From the human T2T-CHM13v2.0 reference genome, Homo sapiens: a DNA stretch of 64,000 bases. Positions within the stretch are counted from its first letter, which is position 1; each line of letters opens with the position of its first letter. Location of the stretch: assembly GCF_009914755.1 (NCBI RefSeq), contig NC_060940.1; one strand, given 5' to 3'. A program made the position numbers and the translations under genes. The notes under the pieces were generated by a model. It made no database searches. It had not been told where the DNA came from and saw only the letters and a list, made by a program, of their open reading frames with translations. This document shows, one piece after another, positions 43,199-58,244 of this stretch.

Positions 43199-46100
43199 AG
43201 AAAATACATAGCTGTTCCAGAAAACAGAAATGGATAATTTCATGAACCAAAAGCAGAGTAATATACTTTAGAAAGGAAGCAGGCTGGAAGACCCACAGTT
43301 GCAAAGCAAATAGAATTTCCAACTGCCTCTTGTAGCCCCTTCCTGGAAGTAGTCACAGCCCAGGGTGTTCAACTTCTTCCTCTGTTTTTTGTTTGTTTGT
43401 TGTTTGCTTTTCTGTGGGGTTTTTGTTGTTGTTGTTTGCTTTTTAAAAAAAATCCCTTTCCCTGCTTTTTTGTCACAGCAGCCTTTGTCACTTCAAACAC
43501 CGCAAGTGTTCTTTAAAAAAAATTATATCAACCTTTCAACTAAAATGCAACATGTCTGAAACTTGGTATCTGGAGAGGTGAGAGGGACAAAGGAGCCGTT
43601 GTTACTGCACGTTTTCATTCTCCAAACTTCACCTTGCACACAGTAACAGACAATGCACAAAGCTACTTCCTTATGGACGGAAATTCTGAAATCCTTTTAT
43701 GCCTGGCCTTTCCATCCTTCAACTTCCCCTCTCCCATGCTGTGAGTGATTGTATTGGACATTTTTGTTTTAATCTCAGTGACAGGGGAACACAGATAGCT
43801 CTAATATAGCTGTGACCCAGATGCTTCTGTTTCTAGCATGTATTAATTTTGCAGCAAACATTACATCCATAATTTTTCACTGTCCTTTGAAAATAATTAG
43901 GCAATATCTCATCTGAGGTAGGATGTTTCTAGGGGTTGTGTTCTGAGTGAGAAAAACTAATCTGTTCTCTTTCCACTGCATTCTAGGAACAGTAAGAGGA
44001 CCTTGTGCATGAATAATTTGTTTCCACACTGCAGAGTGGGTAATAAGCAGATTAGTAAAAACAATTCTGCTTCACTTCAATAACAGCCTCCTCCAACTCA
44101 TTTTTTCTCAACAAACTTATTTTTGCAGCAGAAGAATCCCAGACTTCTTAGAGAACCCAGTGACTTTTTGCACCTTAAATCTGTGAAATCCTCATGCTTT
44201 CTTCTGCCGTATCCATCGTTCAAACAAACATGAGGCAAAGCTAGACACATTCCTGAAGGAACCCAAGAAATTCCTCTCTTTCTCTCTCTGGAATGAAATG
44301 AATTCTCTAGACCACCAGTTCTAACCTTCAAAAACGAAACCTGTTTGTGAGATCTCCTTCAAATACTACTGTAGACCCCAGTGTTTATTCATTAAATTTT
44401 TTAAACATTTGTTTTATTTGGAATCAAAGTATTTGTAATTTTAGTATTTGTATTAATATAAGGGAGAAATGTTTAAATCTGTCTATGCCACATGTGCCTT
44501 CGGCTTATTGCCCAATTAATTGTAGCCTCAGGCTAAACTTTGGTTTCTGTCTTTAATTTTTGTCGGAAGAAATATAACTGGTCTCAAAACATCTGCTTTT
44601 ATTGTAGGGACTCGTGCTGCCATCTCCATTCCTCTCTCTTTTCTTGCAATCTGGGTGGAAGTTCTTTAATATGAACATTTCAACCACCTTCACTCTACCA
44701 TGTCCACTATCAGCACATTCAAACGTATCCAGCCAAGGGTATCATCTTAGGCCAGGGATTTTTTAGGAATCTATTTTGCTGTGATGCACCTGGTACCCCT
44801 TTGACTCACTTTATCACCCCAGGGTTCTTTTCATTTTAGAAGCCCAAGAGGGCAGAAAAAGAAGTAGGTGAGCAATTAAACTCTCCAAGTCAGGAGCGTC
44901 TCCCCTTGTGTTAAGCAATGTTGTAGAACATCGTATTTAGCAAGCTCCTAGCAGATGAGCCACGTGGCTGCTGAGCACACACGCCTGCTTGCTGCTGTGA
45001 GCTCAGACACCATCATTATGTCTTTTTCACCTCTGGAGGGAATTGTAAGCGCCACTTAATAACCTGTAAATCGTAGAGAGTTAAAGGTGTTTCCCTAAAA
45101 CACTGATGACAGAATGAAAGGTAAGGAGTGTTAGCCACAGGTCAAAAGTGCAGGAAAGTCTCTCTATGTGGGTTGTTGAAGAAATGCAGGTCTTTTTTCT
45201 TTTGGAAGTCTCCCTAGAATGGGGTCAAGGACTCTGCCCATTCTAGGATGAAAAACTGGGATATTAGACACCCTCAGATATTTATCCCAAGCTTTCATTT
45301 TGGGCTCTTAATTAGTTCATCCATCACAATCGCAAATGCTAAGCAGGGCAGTTGAATCTGTCTACAGTCCAAATCAGCACCTTCTTTTAAAGTTGAGTTT
45401 CTTATTATTCTCACCTGATATACCTTATTTATCCCACACCCACCCCAATAACATATCGTGCTCACTGTTATCTTTAAGAAAACACTTGAATTTAACTCAG
45501 CCTGGAGCTCTCTTCACATGTCTTGTCCAGATCCAGTTCGGACTCATTCTTCAGCCGTGCATCAGTCAATGGGGGCTAGGTTAAACTGTGGTGACAAACA
45601 ACCTCCAAATTTCAGTGGCTCAAAAATCTTCTTCCTCATTTATTTACATTTCATCATGGGTCAGGTGAGAGGTAGCTCTGTGCTGTGTCATCCTAACACA
45701 GGAATCCAGACGGAAGGAGGGACGATCAATAAGATCCCCATTGCTATAGAAAAGAGAAAAAAGTATGTGGAATAGCACTCTGTTTCTTGGAGATTTCTCC
45801 TGAAAAAGTCACATGTTATTTCTTCTCACCTCCATTGGCAAAAAAAAAAAAGTCATGTGGCCATGTGAAAATGTAAGTAGGCGGGATGGAACAGTCAGAA
45901 TGCATTCATAAAATATGAACTGAAAATATCTGGAGAACAGCACCTATGACTACAACGAATGCCAACATGCATCCCTAACAACCCAGTGCTGTCACCCTCC
46001 AAACTTTTTATGTCTTGCAAAGTATTAGAACTTCTTATCTGAAGCCATACCACTCAGAGGGAATGCAAAATACATATTGACATCTCCTTTAGGATGTCCT

Positions 46101-46201
46101 TAGAGAATTCATGGAAAAGAAGTTAAATAATTTAAAAGTGCTTTTGGGTACAGCTATTTAGCACTAGAGGGTAAGAGTAGAGATAGATTGTAAAGATAAT
46201 A

Positions 46202-46396
46202 ATAGGGTTAGGCATAGGATTAGGATCTGGGTCAGAGTCAGGGCCGGAAGTATGGTTAGAGGTGGGGTCATGGTCAGGGTCGAGATCAAAGTCAGGGTCA
46301 AAGTAAGGGTCAGAATTAGGGACCAGGATAGGGATCAGGATTTAGGTTCAGTGTCAAAGTCTTGGGACAGGGTTAGGGTTAGGATTAGAACCAGAG
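46202..46396 (+). repeat. Degenerate interstitial telomeric sequence
   Basis: Hexamer-phased ATAGGG, TTAGGC, TTAGGA, TCAGGG, TAAGGG, TTAGGG units; G-strand orientation same as the terminal array. Confidence 0.88.
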
Positions 46397-46411
46397 CTTT
46401 GTTCTCCTCAG

Positions 46412-46539
46412 GACCCACCCGAGGGTGGGTCACCATGGCTTTGGAGCGCCTGGTAGTGTGGCGTGTCCACAGTGAAGACCAGAGTTTCATTGTCCTTAAG
46501 ACTGACCTGGGGAGATGTGGCTGTAGGCCATTGAGGAAG
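46412..46539 (+). ncRNA. Putative exon (128 nt) of an RPL23AP-family spliced transcript; contains a Kozak ATG at 46435
   Basis: Acceptor CTTTGTTCTCCTCAG|GAC, donor AAG|GTGAGG, GTCACCATGG. Confidence 0.65.
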
Positions 46540-47082
46540 GTGAGGCAACAGCTTCCTGTCTGCTCCCCGTGTGCTGAGGAGGGAGTTCTGCCGTGGGCTT
46601 TACTTTCACATGTTATATTCCACAAGTCTTGTTTTACAAAAGCATCCCTTCCTTGAGGCTTCGGCTGCTCATCGCTGCTCATCATCATAGCGTGCCATAA
46701 CATATAGTAAGATTTGGGTTTGTTTCTGGGGAGATATCTTGGTATAGAGAAAGGAGAAATGCTTAGAGCCACCATCAGGACAGTTGGGATGAAAGTTGGG
46801 TATAGGCAGAGGCTGGAGGAAACATGTGCATCCCCTGTAAACACTTTTATTCATGTTTTAATTACTCATTTTTCTTACAGTGTTAAATTAGTAAAGATAG
46901 TATTGAAAAATTGAAAAGTAGGCATATTAAAACTTGCAACACTATTTAAGCCTAGATATATTATTTGTACCTCATCAACATTTTTTATTGTGTTGAGAAA
47001 GTTTAAGGTTAATTGACAGCATATTTCTAATAGTAGATAGAATAACATCCCTTTTATAAACATTGACATCCTACATTACATG

Positions 47083-47527
47083 TGTGAACCCTGAAAATCT
47101 GAGACAGCTCTCAGATTTTTTAGAAAGTTTATTTTGCCAATCTTGAGGATGTGCGCCTGTGATGCCTCCTCAGGAGATCCTGACAACATGGGCCCAAGGT
47201 GGTCGGGGCACAGCTTGGTTTTATACACTTTAGGGAGACACGAGAGATCAATCAATACGTGTAAGATGTACATTGGTTCAGTCCAGAAAGGTGAGAAGGC
47301 CAGACAGGGGGCTTCCAGGTCACAGGTAAGTAAGAGACAAATGGTTTCATTCTTTTGCATTGCTGATTACCCTCTCCATGTGAGGCAATCAGGTATGCAT
47401 TTATCTAGGTGATCAGACGGGTGTCTTTGGATAGAATGGGAGGCGGGTTTGCCCTAAGCAGTTCCCAGCTTGACTTTTCCCTTTAGCTTAGTGATTTTGA
47501 GTCCCCAAGATTTATTTTCCCTTCGTA
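47083..47527 (-). mobile_element. MER4A-like ERV1 solo LTR
   Basis: AAAGTTTATTTTGCCAA..GCACAGCTTGGTTTTATACA..GCAGTTCCCAGCTTGACTTTTCCCTTTAGCTTAGTGATTTTG. Confidence 0.85.
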
Positions 47528-48399
47528 AGTGTTCCTATGAGTATTAATTATTCATTGTGTCTTTTATTACACAAATAAGGCACAGATTTTTAAGAAATCA
47601 TCAACTTCATGGCTACCTATATAGACATAATTACACAGAAGCTCAACTAAATTTGCAAACATTCCAGAGTTTGGGTTTCCAATAATTCTTTGTGATTCTT
47701 TAAAAGGTAAAGTATTTTTTCCCATAAAACATAGCAACATTTAAAATCACCCGTAGAATGTCCCGCCATTTTTGTTTTTCTAGTTTCCTCATTTTCTGCA
47801 AATCCTCGCTGAGGAAATTGACTTTGAATATCCTTTTAGACTCTTTTGTTTTAGAAAGCATTGTGGTAAAACATTGAATCATCATGGTCATAAGTTCTGT
47901 TCACATTCTTTCTTTCTTTGAATATTTTTTCCCATTGGCCAATATTTGATTCTGTTGTATTAGGGCTAAAAGGTAGGCATGGCAAGAAAATAAAGACAGG
48001 AAGTCTTTGGAATAATTGATCCCATCATAATGAATCAATTTGTCATTGGAACATGTTTTTACAAAGTCACTCTTTTGAAAATATTCAGCTATGACTTGAA
48101 AGAGAGTCTGTATGGTTAATATTTTTCCTGGTCTAAGGTGAACAGCTTTTTAGAGAATGAACCCAGGACACAACCACAGCACAAGAAAAAAATATGATAA
48201 TTAAGTTTACACATATTGTTACTACTGTAACAGAAAACATGTAAAGGACATTTGTTTTGATTTATATATCAGTCTGCACTGTTTAATTTTTTGTGTCATA
48301 ATTGCTCTTATTTTAAAAAACAGGACTAGTTAACAGTGTCAATTACTAGTAATTCATGGTATAAATAATTAAACAAGGAAGTGTTAAAAAAACAGTGTT

Positions 48400-49750
48400 T
48401 TAAATAAAGTTTTATTTTACGTCTTTTTTTTACTTACACAGAAATCGTCAAAAAAAAAAAGCAGAGATTTCCCATGTAGCCGCAACCTAGTTTCCTCTCT
48501 TATTAACATCTTCTATCAGTGTGTCTCACATGGCTTATTAATATCTTACATAATTTGCCGCAGTTAATGAACCAATACTGATAGACTGTTATTAACTGAA
48601 GTTCATATTTCATTTGGATTCCCTTAGTTCTATCTTACTCTGACCCAGGATCCCATCCAGGATCCCGCACGACATGTAGTCATCACATAGGCTCTTCCTG
48701 GCTGTGACAGTGTGTCAGGCTTTCCATCTCATGATGACCTTCATAGCACTGAGGAGGATTGGTCAGGAATTTTGTAGAATGCCCCCCATTGTCACTTCAT
48801 GTTCTCAAGGTGAACTGTCAGCTTTGATATTCACTTGGATCATTTGGCAGAGCTACTGTTTGTCAGATTTCTCCACTGTGAAGTTATTTTTCCTCCTTGT
48901 CCGTACTGCATGTGTTCTTTTGGAGCAAGTCACTATGCAGAGCCCACACTTACGGAGTGAGGAGTTGGCTCCACCTTCTTGATGGCTGAGTGTCTACATC
49001 AGTTATTTGGAATTCTTTTGCAAAGGAGATTTCTATGCAACTCCATTTGCTTATTCACGTAGGTATACAAATACAGACACCTAGATAATTACTTTAAGCT
49101 TTAGTTATTATTCGACACTATAGCATTATGTTGCACAATTCCTTCCTGTGTTGGCCATCGGTAGCTGTTTTTATTGGCTTTTATTTTTGTTTGATATATT
49201 TTAATTTTTTTAGTACTTACTTTCTGATACTTCCAGATTATCCTGGCTCCTATATTTACTGTCCCAGTTCTAGTATCAGACATTTCTTCAAAGAGCCTGA
49301 TTCCTTTCAGAATGGTGGGAAAACTTACATGTGGCTGCTGAATGCACATTGTATCTTGTCCCTCATTAGCAATGCTAGGAAGCATATGTGCGTGTCTAAC
49401 CTACCTACACACACCTAATTATAAAGTTTTCTATGTAGAACTGTGTGTATCTATATTAAACTAAGCATAAGTTTACGTTGATGTCTCCACCTCTGATCTA
49501 CTATCACAGGAATCATTCTAGCCTTCTCGTCTTGCTAATTTGTAACCTCCCACTTCAACAGTGAGAAAGCTGGTTCCCACCATCTGCGACTTATGTAAGT
49601 CATTGTTTTACTCCAGATACAGACACTGTGGTTTTACAATTGTTCACAATTGCTTCTGTTGGAAAGAACTTTATAAAATGGAATCCAATAATGAAGTATA
49701 GTTCATGTGCCTTCAGCCTACAGATTCTATTCATTTTCAAAGTTTTTACC
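48400..49750 (-). mobile_element. Old L1M 3' fragment
   Basis: TTAATGAACCAATACTGATA..CAGGATCCCATCCAGGAT..TTTCTCCACTGTGAAGTTA; boundaries approximate. Confidence 0.6.
49510..49594 (+). ncRNA. Putative cassette exon (85 nt), L1-derived
   Basis: Acceptor CTACTATCACAG|GAA, donor TAT|GTAAGT; length agrees with recalled paralog exon. Confidence 0.5.
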
Positions 49751-49756
49751 TAGATT

Positions 49757-50202
49757 TGTGTCTTAGTCCATTTTGTGCTTCTGTAACAGAATACCTGAGG
49801 CTGCGTAATTTATAAGTAAAACAGTTTCATTTGGTTCACAATACTGGTGGCTGGAATGTCTGAGATTGGGCAGTTGCATCTGGCGGGGCCTCAGTCTTTT
49901 TCACCTCATGGTGGAAAGTGGAAGGGGAGCAAGGGGTGCACCAGCGATCACACAGCAGAAGTGAAAGCAAGAGGGAAGCCAAGGAAGCCAGGCTCTTTTT
50001 AATTACCTACTCCTGCAGGAATTATCTATTCCTGTGAGAACAGAACTCACTCACCCCCATGGAGGACATTAATCTATTCATGAGGGATCCATCCCCACGA
50101 CCCAAACACCGTCCACTAGGCCCCACCGCCCCACACTGACACAGTGGGAGTCAAATTTCAACATGAGTTTTTGTGGGGACAAACCACATCCAAACCATCG
50201 TA
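49757..50202 (-). mobile_element. MST-type MaLR LTR
   Basis: TGTCTTAGTCCATTTTGTG..CAAATTTCAACATGAG..ACATCCAAACCAT. Confidence 0.85.
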
Positions 50203-50847
50203 ATTTGTAGCATAAATTCTTTTTCACATGATGTATTCTGTCCTGGGATACTCCACATCCTGAGTAATTTGATTTAATTTGAATAGAGTTTGCTTTAACC
50301 ATTTGGCTGTAAAATTCTGCATATTTCGACAAATGCATTGTGGCAGATATCCCACTATTAAAGTATCATATGGAATGCCTCAAACCCCCACCCCATGGAG
50401 CCAATGGCTTCCCATCTGTGTAGTTTGCCTTCCCCAGTGTCTCATTAAATGAGGTCACACTGTGTGTATCCTCCTCAGACTGTCTTCTTCCACTTAGCAA
50501 TGTGCATGCAAGATTCACTCATGTCTTTGTGTGTGTTGATATCTTGTTCCTTTCTATGGCTAAATAGTATTCCATTACATGAATGTAGCACAATTTGGTT
50601 ATGCATTTTGGGGAGTAGAACCTTCCTCTTCTAACTTTGTTCCAGGGTTGGAGACCTTCAAATTAACTGACAATAGATACATTAGTAGGAGAGACAATAC
50701 TTGGCTTCTTGTTCCCCAAGTATCATTGTGGGACAAAATTCATCAGATGGCAGGATCCAGTTTACAAAGAGGTAAAAATAGCCCAGAAACAAGAAACAAG
50801 ACTAGAATCTGATAACTCTCAATGGCTATAGTTTTCCTTTAAAAAAA

Positions 50848-51036
50848 TTTTTTTTGAGACAGGGTCTGGCTCTGTCGCCCAGGCTGGAGTGCAAAGGTGC
50901 AATGTCAGCTCACTGCAACCTCTACCTCCTGGGTGCAAACGATCCTCCCTCCTCAGCCTCCTGATTACCTGGGACTACAGGCACATGCCGTCATGCCCAT
51001 CTAATTTTTGTATTTTTGGTAGAGACGGGGTTTCTA
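50848..51036 (-). mobile_element. Partial Alu (right arm)
   Basis: GAGACAGGGTCTGGCTCTGTCGCCCAGG..GTAGAGACGGGGTTTC. Confidence 0.88.
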
Positions 51037-51070
51037 CCAAAATATTCGATTTTTTCTGTGGCAGACAACA

Positions 51071-51374
<304 letters not shown>

Positions 51375-52110
51375 ACAACATTTAAAGTAATAATTGGAAT
51401 TATGACTCATTACTCTATAGTGGCACATAGCATGGATAAGGAGGACATTGACAAACTTCCAGGAATTTTATATAATTTCTGAAAACATAACATTTTACCC
51501 ATACAAATATAACACAGGGAAGGTTAGGTATCTCTTTTTATTTGTATCTTCTGTATGGTTTTCCTTATAAAAAATGCAACCTACTTTACTTGCGAAACAT
51601 GCCCTACTTTTCTTGCATGCTTTGCATAGAGTTGTTTCTAGTTATTCTATTATTTCTAGTAGTTTTATTTACATATATTGATTATAATTTTAATACTTAG
51701 TAATCTTTTGTTTTCCAGAGAAAACTAGGAAGTAGACAGTTATAAACTGTCATATATTAGCATTCTATAGTAGGTTAGAAAATGTATGAATATACCATCT
51801 CCCAACATCTAGAGGGATGTGTTTCCTCATAATACAATTCCTCAGTGTGGCAGAAAAAAACATGTTTATTAACGGGCCAAAATATCTTTAGTCTCTCTGT
51901 AAAAACAGGAAGCCAAAAGTATATAAACTTGAATTATTTATGTTCAGTAATTAATGTTTTAGTATTGTATCTTATTTATAAATGGTCTAGATATTTAATG
52001 CAAATCTTTTACTTAGCTTAACTTTAAGGTTAAAAATTACCAAAAGTACTTTGGAAACTATTCTTAGGCAGATTTACTGTAGACAAATTATTTTTGAAAT
52101 AATGTTTTTC

Positions 52111-52645
<535 letters not shown>

Positions 52646-53093
52646 TAATGTTTTTCATAAGAATGACAACTTAATTAGAATCAAATCTATAAGCTTTAAG
52701 ATTTTACATTTCTAGTAAGTATAATATTAGCTTATTTGACTAGAACTCAAGCAGAATAGGAATTTATGCTTGTTTTATATTCAATAATGATAATTTTGAA
52801 GATATAGTTGTTTTATTACACCAAAAATACTATATTAATCTTATTTAACTAAGTTTTATCCAAATCATGTTAACTTAAGAAACATTTGATCAGTTCCTAT
52901 ATTTCTAGGAGTTTGGTGAATATTTATTTATAAATGCTTATTTTTTTCCAAGCCAAGTTAGAATAGAGCACTTTTAGAGGATTTCATAAATGAATTTTGC
53001 AATGCTCTCTGGAGTTAAGAAAATATCACATATACATAACATACATTAATAGATATACAAACACAAATAGAGATTTCATAGCTTTCATCCTGA

Positions 53094-54308
53094 AATTTCA
53101 GCCTTGAATCAGGCATAAATATTCTGATGGTTAATTTCAGACATCTACTTGATCCGATTGAGAGACACACATAGCTGGTCAAACACGATTTCAGCCATGA
53201 ATCAGGCATAAATATTCTGACGGTTAATTGTAGACATCTACTTGACTGGATTAAGAGACACACATAGCTGGTCAAACAAGATTTCAGCCATGAATCAGGC
53301 ATAAATATTCTGATGGTTAATTGTAGACATCTACTTGACTGGATTAAGAGACACACATAGCTGGTCTAACACGATTTCAGCCATGAATCAGGCATAAATA
53401 TTCTGATGGTTAACTTTAGGCATCTACTTGATTGGATTGAGAGACACACATAGCTGGTCAAACACGATTTCAGCCATGAATCAGGCATAAATATTCTGAT
53501 GGTTAATTGTAGACATCTGCTTGACTGGATTGAGAGACACACATAGCTGGTCAAACACGATTTCAGCCATGAATCAGGCATAAATATTCTGATGGTTAAT
53601 TTTAGACATCTACTTGACTGGATTAAGGGACACACACAGCTGGTCAAACACAATTTCAGCCATGAATCAGGCATAAATATTCTGACAGTTAATTTTAGAC
53701 ATCTACTTGACTGGATTAAGAGACACACATAGCTGGTCAAACACGATTTCAGCCGTGAAGCAGGCATAAATATTCTGATGGTTAATTGTAGACATCTACT
53801 TGACTGGATTGAGAGACACACATAGCTGGTCAAACACGATTTCAGCCGTGAATCAGGCGTAAATATTCTGATGGTTAATTGTAGACATCTACTTGAGTGG
53901 ATTGAGAGACACACATAGCTGGTCAAACACGATTTCAGCCATGAATCAGGCATAAATATTCTGATGGTTAATTTTAGACATGTACTTGACTGGATTAAGA
54001 GACACACATAGCTGGTCAAACACGATTTCAGCCATGAAGCAGGCATAAATATTCTGATGGTTAATTGTAGACATCTACTTGACTGAATTAAGAGACACAC
54101 ATAGCTGGTCAAACACGATTTCAGCCATGAATCAGGCATAAATATTCTGATGGTTAACTTTAGGCATCTACTTGATTGGATTGAGAGACACACATAGCTG
54201 ATCAAACACAATTTCAGCCATGAATCAGGCATAAATATTCTGACAGTTAATTTTAGACATCTACTTGAGTGGATTAAGAGACACACATAGCTGGTCAAAC
54301 ACGATTTC
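53094..54308. repeat. 93-bp VNTR, ~13 copies
   Basis: Unit GATTTCAGCCATGAATCAGGCATAAATATTCTGATGGTTAATTGTAGACATCTACTTGACTGGATTAAGAGACACACATAGCTGGTCAAACAC; 31-aa periodicity in ORF track. Confidence 0.97.
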
Positions 54309-55089
54309 TGGGCATATCTATGAGGGTGTTTCTGGAAGACACTGAGATAACCATGACCCAATGTGGATGGGCACTGATATGGTTTGGCTGTGTCCCCACC
54401 CAGATCTCATCTTGAATTGTAGTTCCTGTAATACCTACATGTCGTGGGAGGGACCCAGTGGGAGGTGACTGAATCATGGTGGTGGTTACCGCCATGCTGT
54501 TCTCATGACAGTGAGTGAGTTCTCATGATCTGATGGTTTTATAAGGGGCTTTTCCCCTTTGGCTCAGCACTTCTTGTTGCTGCCATGTGAAGAGGGATAG
54601 CTTTGCTTCCCCTTCTGCCATGATTGTGAGGCCCCTGCAGCCATGTGGAACTGTCAGCCCATTAAACCCCTTTGTTCTTTATAAATTGCTCAGACTCAGG
54701 TATTTCTTCATAGCTGTATAAAAATGGATGAATACAGGCACCATCCAATTGGTTGAGAGCCCAGATAGAATAACAAGGAAGAGGAAAGGTGAATTATCTC
54801 CTTCTGAAGTGGAAATATCCTTCTTCTCCTGCCCTTGACATCAGAACTTCAGGGTCTCAGACCTTTGGCCTCACAATCAGAGTTACACCATTGGCTTCCC
54901 TGATTCTGAGTCCTTTGTATCTGGAGTGAGCCATGCTACCAGCTTTCCTGGTTCTCCAACTTGGAGACAGGCTATTGTGGAACTTCTCAGCCTCCATAAT
55001 TATGTGAACCAGTTCCCCTAATGAATCTTCTCTCATCTATCTACATATATCCTATTGATTCTGCCTTTCTGGAGACCCCTGCCTAATGT
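54239..55089 (+). mobile_element. MLT2-type (ERVL) LTR, 5' end amplified in the VNTR and split by a THE1 insertion
   Basis: GATGGTTAATTTT..ACTTGACTGG..ATAGCTGGT..ATTTCTGGG..GAGGGTGTTTCTGGAAGA; 3' end CTATTGATTCTG..CTGGAGACCCCTG.CTAAT. Confidence 0.75.
54375..54736 (+). mobile_element. THE1-family (MaLR) solo LTR with 5-bp TSD
   Basis: TGATATGGTTTGGCTGTGTCCCCACCC..AATACA; TSD GGCAC at 54370-54374 and 54737-54741. Confidence 0.9.
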
Positions 55090-56172
55090 GATTACAATAA
55101 CTACAAAATTCACTACTTTATATAGAAGACTTGGTTTTTGTCTTTGCCCCATTTTATATTTGTATTATAACTATGTATCTGGAAAATGGAACAAGTTTTT
55201 TCTTCTTCATATGAGGGCTAAGGCTTTTTTCTCACCAATATTTTTGGAGATTTTAAAGAATTTCTTTTTTTTTGACATAGAATCTTATGGAGGCTGAGAA
55301 ATAATTTTTTTTCTATTTTATTCTTCAGCCCCAGGTGTTTGCTTTTGCAGATTCTTGAGCACATTGAGAGCTTCCAAGGCATGGAGTGGGGTGCCTGAAG
55401 TTTCAGTGATTATAGGGAGTTGAGAGACTCAACTGGGAAAGGAAAGGTCTAAAAGGAGGCAATTTGGAAAATAAAAATTTTCTCAAAGGAGCCATTAAAG
55501 TTGTAAATAATTCTTAGTAAAGTCATGCAAACAGGAAAAGAAGTAGAATTAGTTCCATATTGGTGGAACACATAGTCAGCAGAGGTTGGAGAAGGGAGAA
55601 TTTAGTGAACTGAGAAGTTCCCATGAAAGCAGCAAGATCAAGATCACAGAGACACCTTGAAACAAAAAGCCAGGAATAACTTCCAACCCAAGAGGAGAAC
55701 AGAGAGGCCTCAAAACCAAAGCTAGGATAAGAAACTTGTAGCCCAAGAGTTATCTTCCAGACAAAGAAGCCTGAGATTCCAACGCAGCTTCAGAGAGTAC
55801 TCACTCAAAATGTTACTGAAACTGTAGGCTTTTTAATGACTTAGCCATGCCTGCAAAAGGCATTCCCTAAGGTGGCACAGAAGACGGAGCCCCCATATCC
55901 AAAGATAGCCAAGGAGAAAGAAAGACCCCTGTTGCCAGAGCCAGTGGGCAAAGGCAACAGAAAAGGAGACAAGGGTCCTAATGGGATGAGATCCTTTCGG
56001 ATTTAGGCTTTTATACAAACTCCTGAGAACTGGCAGGTTGACAGCCATAAATGGGGTACCAAACTTTCTACTCATTGGATTACAAGTTCTCAGGCATCCA
56101 GAATGATGAACAAAATGACAATTTATAGGGCTTCTGTGGGAGAGTATGGAAAGGTCTTTTTGAACCTTTTAA

Positions 56173-57176
<1,004 letters not shown>

Positions 57177-58244
57177 ATGCTAATGCGAAAGAGTACGCTG
57201 TCTTCATGGCAGCTGAATTTGCAAGAAACTCCTTGGATGGGGTTAATGGCAGCTGTATTTTACTGGGAGCTCTGCTTTAATTGGATAAAGTAAGTTCTGG
57301 TAAGATTTCTTCATCTTCAGTATCTCAAATGTTTTCATTTAAATAATCTTTATAACAGCTTTTGATGTCTGAGTGGATTCCCACACAGTCATCTATTGTA
57401 AGACTTTCTGATTCCTTTTTTTTCCTTTGGTCATTATGAATAGGGCTTCTGTAAATAACTGCATGGTAGCTTTTGATGGGAAATAACGTCAAAGTAGTTG
57501 TCAAAATACTTAGGAATGTTATTTTTGGATTGTAAGGTGAGACTTGTTTAGCTTTGGAAAAAAATGCCCAACTTGTAATAGGGGAGGAAAAATAATTTTC
57601 TGTTTTTGGAATTCTTAGATGGAACGCTCTGTAAAAAGTGACAGATTAAAATGAGAAAAACAGAAAAGTTTAAAAACATGTATATCTTATGGTTACATGG
57701 GATATACTCAGGGAAAAATGAGTAAATCTCCAACAGGTGGCTTTCAATTCAAGCATAAATACTATCTTCAACTTAAAGAAAGAAGATTTGAGGTGCAGTA
57801 GTGGGAAGTTAACCAGCAAAAGCACATTAGACAGGGGTAAGGTTCATTATACAGAGTTAAGTCCATGCATTCTTCATTGATAAGACTCTTCAGTGATTTA
57901 GTTATCCTTCTCTTCTTGGTGTCGAGAGAGGTAGCTTTTAAATGGTGATTTCCTTTATAGGTGTAAATTTTCCTTACACAAGTAACTTTTACTCTGTTTT
58001 CACAACTTCCTTTGTTAGCATTTTTTTTTTCAAAATAATTAGCTTGGAATAATTTTTAAGCCAAAGGGACATATTTTGGGGTTGCATATTCTGGTTTCCT
58101 ACCATTATATTTTGGGGTGGCATAGTTTGGTCTTATACACTGTGTTCTACTGGCAATGAAAAGAGTTCTTGTTTTTCCTCCAGCAATTTTTCATTTGTTA
58201 AAGAGCTTAGCAGTTCTAAGAGATATAGACCAGCTGTGCTATCT

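Noticed and set aside
53015-54361. 331-aa and 113-aa minus-strand ORFs with a 31-aa repeat
   Set aside because: A by-product of the 93-bp unit, interrupted by a stop in one unit, with no homology or gene structure; not called as CDS.
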